A stretch of 64,000 nucleotides of DNA from Arcicella sp. Its GTDB lineage: Bacteria; Bacteroidota; Bacteroidia; Cytophagales; Spirosomataceae. The DNA lies in NCBI GenBank assembly GCA_034519515.1, contig JAXHOK010000068.1:219421-283420 (forward strand), given 5' to 3'. A program made the position numbers and the translations under genes. Shown one piece after another: positions 59,525 to 64,000 of this stretch. The notes beneath the pieces are model-generated. The model ran no database searches, was not told the DNA's origin, and worked only from the letters and a program-made list of their open reading frames with translations. Numbering within the stretch: the stretch's first letter is position 1; each line of letters opens with the position of its first letter.

Positions 59525-60994
59525 CTATTTAGAGCTATAATTAGGAGCTTCCTTAGAGATTGAAATATCGTGCGGATGGCTTTCTTTGACCCCTGCTGAG
59601 GTGATTTTTACGAATTGTGCTTGTTTTAACGCCTCAATATTTCCTGCACCACAATAACCCATTCCAGCTTTTAGTCCGCCCACCATTTGATAAATAATTT
59701 CCGAAACTGAACCTTTGAAAGGTACTCTACCCACGATTCCTTCGGGTACTAATTTTTTAATATCATCTTCGGCATCTTGAAAATAACGGTCTTTTGACCC
59801 TTCTTCCATTGCCTCAACCGACCCCATACCTCGATACGATTTGAATTTACGACCTTCAAAAAGTACTACTTCACCTGGGGCTTCGTCTGTTCCTGCCAAC
59901 ATCGAACCCACCATGATTGAACTCGCACCGCCCGCAATTGCTTTTACAATATCACCTGAAAAACGTATGCCACCATCTGCCACGATGGGTACATCCAAAT
60001 CTGCTACGGCTTTGGCGGCTTCGTAAACGGCTGATAGTTGGGGCATTCCTACACCCGCAATGATACGGGTCGTACAAATACTACCAGGACCAACGCCCAC
60101 TTTCACGGCATCCGCCCCTGCTTCTGCCAAAGCCCTTGCACCTGCACCCGTTGCCACATTTCCACACATCACATCAACGTTTGGATAGGCTGCTTTTACG
60201 GATTTTAAGGCTTCGATAACGCCTTTTGAATGTCCGTGGGCAGTGTCGATACTGATGACATCCACACCTACTTGCACGAGTGCCTTCACACGGTCGAGGA
60301 TGTCAGGGGTTACTCCCACAGCCGCACCCACTCGCAAACGCCCGTGAGCGTCTTTACAAGCGTTTGGGTGGCTTTTTCGCTTGATAATATCTTTGTAAGT
60401 TACCAAGCCAATGAGTTTATAATCAGCATCAACGATGGGTAATTTTTCAATTTTATATTCTTGTAAAATTCCTTCGGCATCTTCCAAAGATGTTCCTTTT
60501 TTGGCAGTAATCAAGTTCGCAGTCGTCATTACTTCCGTTACGGGGCGACTCATATTTTTCTGGAAACGCAAGTCACGATTGGTCAAAATACCGACTAATT
60601 TTCCTTCATTATCAATAATCGGAATACCACCAATCTTGGATTCACGCATGATTTTGTGAGCATCGCCAAGGGTTTTATCTTTCGTTAAAGTAACGGGGTC
60701 AATAATCATTCCCGACTCCGAACGTTTCACTTTTCTGACCTGTTCAGCTTGCTGGGCTATGGTCATATTTTTGTGAATAATCCCGATTCCACCGCTTTGA
60801 GCCATCGCAATCGCCAGAGCCGCTTCGGTAACGGTGTCCATAGCTGCCGACAAAATGGGAACATTGAGCGTGATATTTTTGGTTAGTCGTGTTTGGGTAC
60901 TAACTTCACGGGGAAGGACTTCGGAGTAGGCAGGAAGCAGAAGCACATCGTCGTAAGTGAGGGCTTCAAAAAGGAATTTTGATGAGTCTAACAT
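59525..60994 (-). CDS. guaB: IMP dehydrogenase
   Basis: [21 protein letters not shown] pair, [15 protein letters not shown]; start reset to ATG 60994. Confidence 0.98.
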   Translation of the reverse strand: MLDSSKFLFEALTYDDVLLLPAYSEVLPREVSTQTRLTKNITLNVPILSAAMDTVTEAALAIAMAQSGGIGIIHKNMTIAQQAEQVRKVKRSESGMIIDPVTLTKDKTLGDAHKIMRESKIGGIPIIDNEGKLVGILTNRDLRFQKNMSRPVTEVMTTANLITAKKGTSLEDAEGILQEYKIEKLPIVDADYKLIGLVTYKDIIKRKSHPNACKDAHGRLRVGAAVGVTPDILDRVKALVQVGVDVISIDTAHGHSKGVIEALKSVKAAYPNVDVMCGNVATGAGARALAEAGADAVKVGVGPGSICTTRIIAGVGMPQLSAVYEAAKAVADLDVPIVADGGIRFSGDIVKAIAGGASSIMVGSMLAGTDEAPGEVVLFEGRKFKSYRGMGSVEAMEEGSKDRYFQDAEDDIKKLVPEGIVGRVPFKGSVSEIIYQMVGGLKAGMGYCGAGNIEALKQAQFVKITSAGVKESHPHDISISKEAPNYSSK

Positions 60995-61105
60995 GGCAAA
61001 AAACGTTGATTTTGTTATTTGCAAGACAAAATTACGGTAAATTTTGTTCAATTAAAAATGTGGGTGATAAATTAGTGATTTCATATTTTTGCTAATTACT
61101 CAAAC

Positions 61106-61143
61106 AGATTGCTTCCTATGTAAAAAGCACGGTCGCAATGACA
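61106..61143. repeat. single GTC-type REP-like arm
   Basis: AGATTGCTTC...GTCGCAATGACA. Confidence 0.45.
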
Positions 61144-61156
61144 GCATACTTGTATT

Positions 61157-61894
61157 ATGGATTATCATCTCATCACTTTATTACTTTTATTAGCTTCCGT
61201 AGCCTTCCTTTATTCCTCAGTCGGACACGGTGGGGCGAGTGGTTATTTGGCAGTAATGACGTTAGTCGGGATTGCTCCGAATATGATGAAATCTTCGGCT
61301 TTGGTGATGAATTTGGCGGTATCATTGTTTTCGTTTATTGGGTTTTATCGGGCTGGATATTTTAAATGGAAACTCTTTATGCCTTTTGCTGTTGCGAGTA
61401 TCCCGATGGCTTTTGTGGGTGGTACAATGACACTTTCAGATTCTATTTATAAGAAAATATTAGCAGTTTGTATCTTGCTATCAATTATCCGAATGGTTTA
61501 TCAATTCAAACAACAAGACGAACCAAATCGCCCGATTCCTTTGTGGGCAGGTTTGCTTTCGGGTGGAACGATTGGTTTGCTTTCGGGGATGTTGGGTATT
61601 GGTGGAGGTATTATTTTGAGTCCGTTGATGCTGTTAATGAATTGGGCAAAACTAAAAGAAACGGCTGCGGTTTCGGCTCTTTTTATCTTCGTAAATTCAC
61701 TTTCGGGACTTTATGGACAGATGCAAAAAGGGGGAATTAATCTTACTGAAAACTTGCAATGGGCAGTTATGGCAACGATTCTGGGCGGTTTATTAGGTTC
61801 GTATTACGGCAGTCAAAAATTCAATATTCCTACGTTGAGGTATATGCTGGCAGTGGGTTTGGGAATTGCTTGTTTGAAGTTGATTTTTACTTAA
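61157..61894 (+). CDS. TauE/SafE family transporter
   Basis: YSSVGHGGASGY and SGMLGIGGG repeat motifs. Confidence 0.88.
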   Translation: MDYHLITLLLLLASVAFLYSSVGHGGASGYLAVMTLVGIAPNMMKSSALVMNLAVSLFSFIGFYRAGYFKWKLFMPFAVASIPMAFVGGTMTLSDSIYKKILAVCILLSIIRMVYQFKQQDEPNRPIPLWAGLLSGGTIGLLSGMLGIGGGIILSPLMLLMNWAKLKETAAVSALFIFVNSLSGLYGQMQKGGINLTENLQWAVMATILGGLLGSYYGSQKFNIPTLRYMLAVGLGIACLKLIFT

Positions 61895-62457
61895 TTACGC
61901 CACAATAAAAACGCAAAAAGGACAATCCACAGCACATCCACAAAATGCCAATAGAAAATAATTAGATTAATTTTGAGTTGATTTGGAGGATTTACCGAAT
62001 AAATAAAAGACTCGACATAAGACAATCTTTTGAGGGCTTCCACAAAAATTTTTATTAAGAAACCTAACCCAATCACAATATGCAGAATATGTAATCCCGA
62101 AAGCATATAGATGAATCCTTTTGAGTTTCTCACGTCTCCATTTTGCGTAAATAATTGTTGCCAACCTATCAATTGAAGCACAATGAAGGCAACTCCCAAA
62201 GATAAAGTCAGACCCATCAATACTCTGTAATTCAGATACTTATCTTCCTTAAAGTACATATTGGCAAGGTGCAATGTTAGACTACTAATCACCATCAAGA
62301 GTGTACTGACCCAAAAGATTTTTGGAATTTCAATCTTCGCAAAACCCGCACCTGGGCGTTCTAAATTCAGATATGAAGTTAGTAAAAACAAAAACATCAA
62401 CCCACTACCAAAAATGGCGAGTTGGAGCATAAATTTAAAAGGTTCTCTTCGTTGCAT
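61891..62457 (-). CDS. cytochrome c oxidase subunit III-like protein
   Basis: STLLMVISSLT, GLHILHI, FYWHFVDVLW; start reset to ATG 62457. Confidence 0.85.
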   Translation of the reverse strand: MQRREPFKFMLQLAIFGSGLMFLFLLTSYLNLERPGAGFAKIEIPKIFWVSTLLMVISSLTLHLANMYFKEDKYLNYRVLMGLTLSLGVAFIVLQLIGWQQLFTQNGDVRNSKGFIYMLSGLHILHIVIGLGFLIKIFVEALKRLSYVESFIYSVNPPNQLKINLIIFYWHFVDVLWIVLFAFLLWRN

Positions 62458-62461
62458 CAGT

Positions 62462-62525
62462 GTAAGACGGACTGCCAGTCCGTAGTATAAAGTTATTTGA
62501 TTTACGGACTGGCAGTCCGTGTTAC
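62462..62525. repeat. GTAA-type REP doublet overlapping the ispE stop
   Basis: GTAAGACGGACTGCCAGTCCGTA ... TACGGACTGGCAGTCCGTGTTAC. Confidence 0.85.
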
Positions 62526-63328
62526 ATTTTTCCCTGCCAAACTGAATAATTGGCAAAGTTCTTTTTCAAATCAATTTCCTTATCAAAAATCCCAAAAACC
62601 GTTGAACCCGAACCCGTCATGCTGGCGTATTCAGCCCCGTGTTTGTATAGAGAGTTTTTAATGTTTGCGATGGCTGGATATTTGGACAAAAGATGGTTCT
62701 CAAAATCATTTTTTACGACACCAACCCATTGACTGACAGGACTTTGTAGTATTTTTTTAAAATCAATATTCGCTTTTTGTGGCTTCACTCCCGAATACGC
62801 CTCTGCCGTTGAAATATGGATATTTGGATTCACCAAAACGATAAATTTATCGGATAAATCAACCTTAATCTCTTCAAATTCGTCTCCCTTGCCGAAGCAA
62901 AATTTGGGTTTATTCTGAATGAAAAAAGCACAATCACTTCCTAATTTTCGAGCGTAGTTTTTCATCATTTCCACGCTCATATTTAACTCAAAAAGGTCGT
63001 TTAAGGTTTTAATCGTGAAGGCACAATCTGCCGAACCGCCGCCCAAACCTGCCCCGATGGGAACAATTTTGTGCAAATGAATCATTACGGGAGGGAGTTT
63101 AAAGTCTTGATTGACAAGGTGATAGGCTTTCAGACATAAATTAGTTTCAGGATTGCCAGGAATTTCAATACCCGTGCTTTTGAAGGATAATTTTTCGGCT
63201 GGTATAATTTCTAAAACATCACTCCAACCCACAGGATAGAAGCAAGATTCGAGATTATGAAAACCGTCTGGGCGTTTTTCAGTAATGGATAAACCGATGT
63301 TGATTTTGGCGTTTGGGAAGGAGAGCAT
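62522..63328 (-). CDS. ispE: 4-diphosphocytidyl-2-C-methyl-D-erythritol kinase
   Basis: PNAKINIGL, DGFHNLES, PIGAGLGGGSAD, LGSDC, MTGSGS. Confidence 0.96.
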   Translation of the reverse strand: MLSFPNAKINIGLSITEKRPDGFHNLESCFYPVGWSDVLEIIPAEKLSFKSTGIEIPGNPETNLCLKAYHLVNQDFKLPPVMIHLHKIVPIGAGLGGGSADCAFTIKTLNDLFELNMSVEMMKNYARKLGSDCAFFIQNKPKFCFGKGDEFEEIKVDLSDKFIVLVNPNIHISTAEAYSGVKPQKANIDFKKILQSPVSQWVGVVKNDFENHLLSKYPAIANIKNSLYKHGAEYASMTGSGSTVFGIFDKEIDLKKNFANYSVWQGKM

Positions 63329-63461
63329 TTTTAAAATTTCGGTTCACGGTAAACGGTTAAGGGTAAACGGTTCTGCCCCGTGGTTGGTGTCCGCACTTAC
63401 CACACGTGCGAAAGCAATATTTTACTACAAATGAATGGTTAAATTGTTGGTTATCAAATAT

Positions 63462-64000
63462 TTAAAATGTAAACCTATCAGGATAATCCGTAATCAAACC
63501 ATCAACGCCCAAGGCTTTCATGGCTTTCATATCTTCAACGGTATTCACCGTCCACGGTACTACTTTTATACCTTTTGCGTGGCACATATCCACTCTTCGC
63601 TTGATTAAATTTTTGTAATACGGGCTGAAAATATCGGGATTAAATCCCAATTTTGCCAGTGTAAAATCAACCATTTCATTCTCTACCAAAGCCGATAAAG
63701 TTACCCGTTTGTATTTTTTAATATTTATCTGTAAGTGCCAGTATTTCAGTACATTAAAATCAAAACTTTGCAAAATTATTCGTTCGGGTTTTAGGTATTT
63801 CGTGATTTCTTTATACACTAAATCAGAAAATTCTTCGACCGTTTTGGGCTGTGAAATACCGTATTCTTTTTCTTCCGATTTTATTTCGATGTTGTACTTT
63901 ACGGGTTTTAACTTTTTCTCTTTGATATACGCCTCGCACGCCTGTATCATGTCACGCAAAAGAGGTTTGAAAGTAGCCATTTTTTGCTGTTCTGGAAACA
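63462..64000 (-). CDS. glycerophosphodiester phosphodiesterase (partial, 5' end beyond window)
   Basis: NIEIK, LQSFD, PWTVN, GVDGLITDYP; frame open to the window edge. Confidence 0.9.
   Translation of the reverse strand, partial: FPEQQKMATFKPLLRDMIQACEAYIKEKKLKPVKYNIEIKSEEKEYGISQPKTVEEFSDLVYKEITKYLKPERIILQSFDFNVLKYWHLQINIKKYKRVTLSALVENEMVDFTLAKLGFNPDIFSPYYKNLIKRRVDMCHAKGIKVVPWTVNTVEDMKAMKALGVDGLITDYPDRFTF

Noticed and set aside
1-64000. Prophage, integrative element, intact IS, rRNA or tRNA
   Set aside because: No integrase, transposase, phage structural gene or recognisable RNA gene seen by eye; a covariance search was not possible

Overview
AT-rich chromosomal window from a Bacteroidota bacterium, probably Cytophagales (inferred from gene content and TAnnTTTG promoter boxes). 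The backbone is housekeeping and metabolic genes: valS, pcrA/uvrD, purH, lhgO, aroE, ruvX, S41 protease, folA, moaE, an ftsW-family gene, an L-rhamnose cluster, zapB-like/zapA/rny, nrdB, smpB, guaB and ispE. Small AT-rich accessory cassettes sit singly between them, with no integrase in view. The best candidate for a new system is a three-gene operon at 30026-31210: an ADP-ribosyltransferase-like toxin, a 76-aa protein ending in an SsrA-tag mimic (GNTQYAMAA) and a SecB-like chaperone, i.e. a CmdTAC-like toxin-antitoxin-chaperone module. Other accessory loci are three ABC-ATPase/nuclease defence-like loci, a small GIY-YIG nuclease bracketed by its own palindromic repeats, an ATPase-nuclease gene with a five-box alternating operator array over its promoter, and small-protein/DUF6169 and DUF6934/small-protein pairs inside the rhamnose cluster. 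There are also a decayed C10-peptidase islet, a 164-bp MITE with a TAA target duplication, and several families of short palindromic or tandem repeats, some inserted in frame in valS and the rhamnose genes. Several broken genes and a ~590-bp purine-only tract suggest local sequence errors. No rRNA, tRNA or CRISPR array was recognised. Family names come from motif recall, not from searches.
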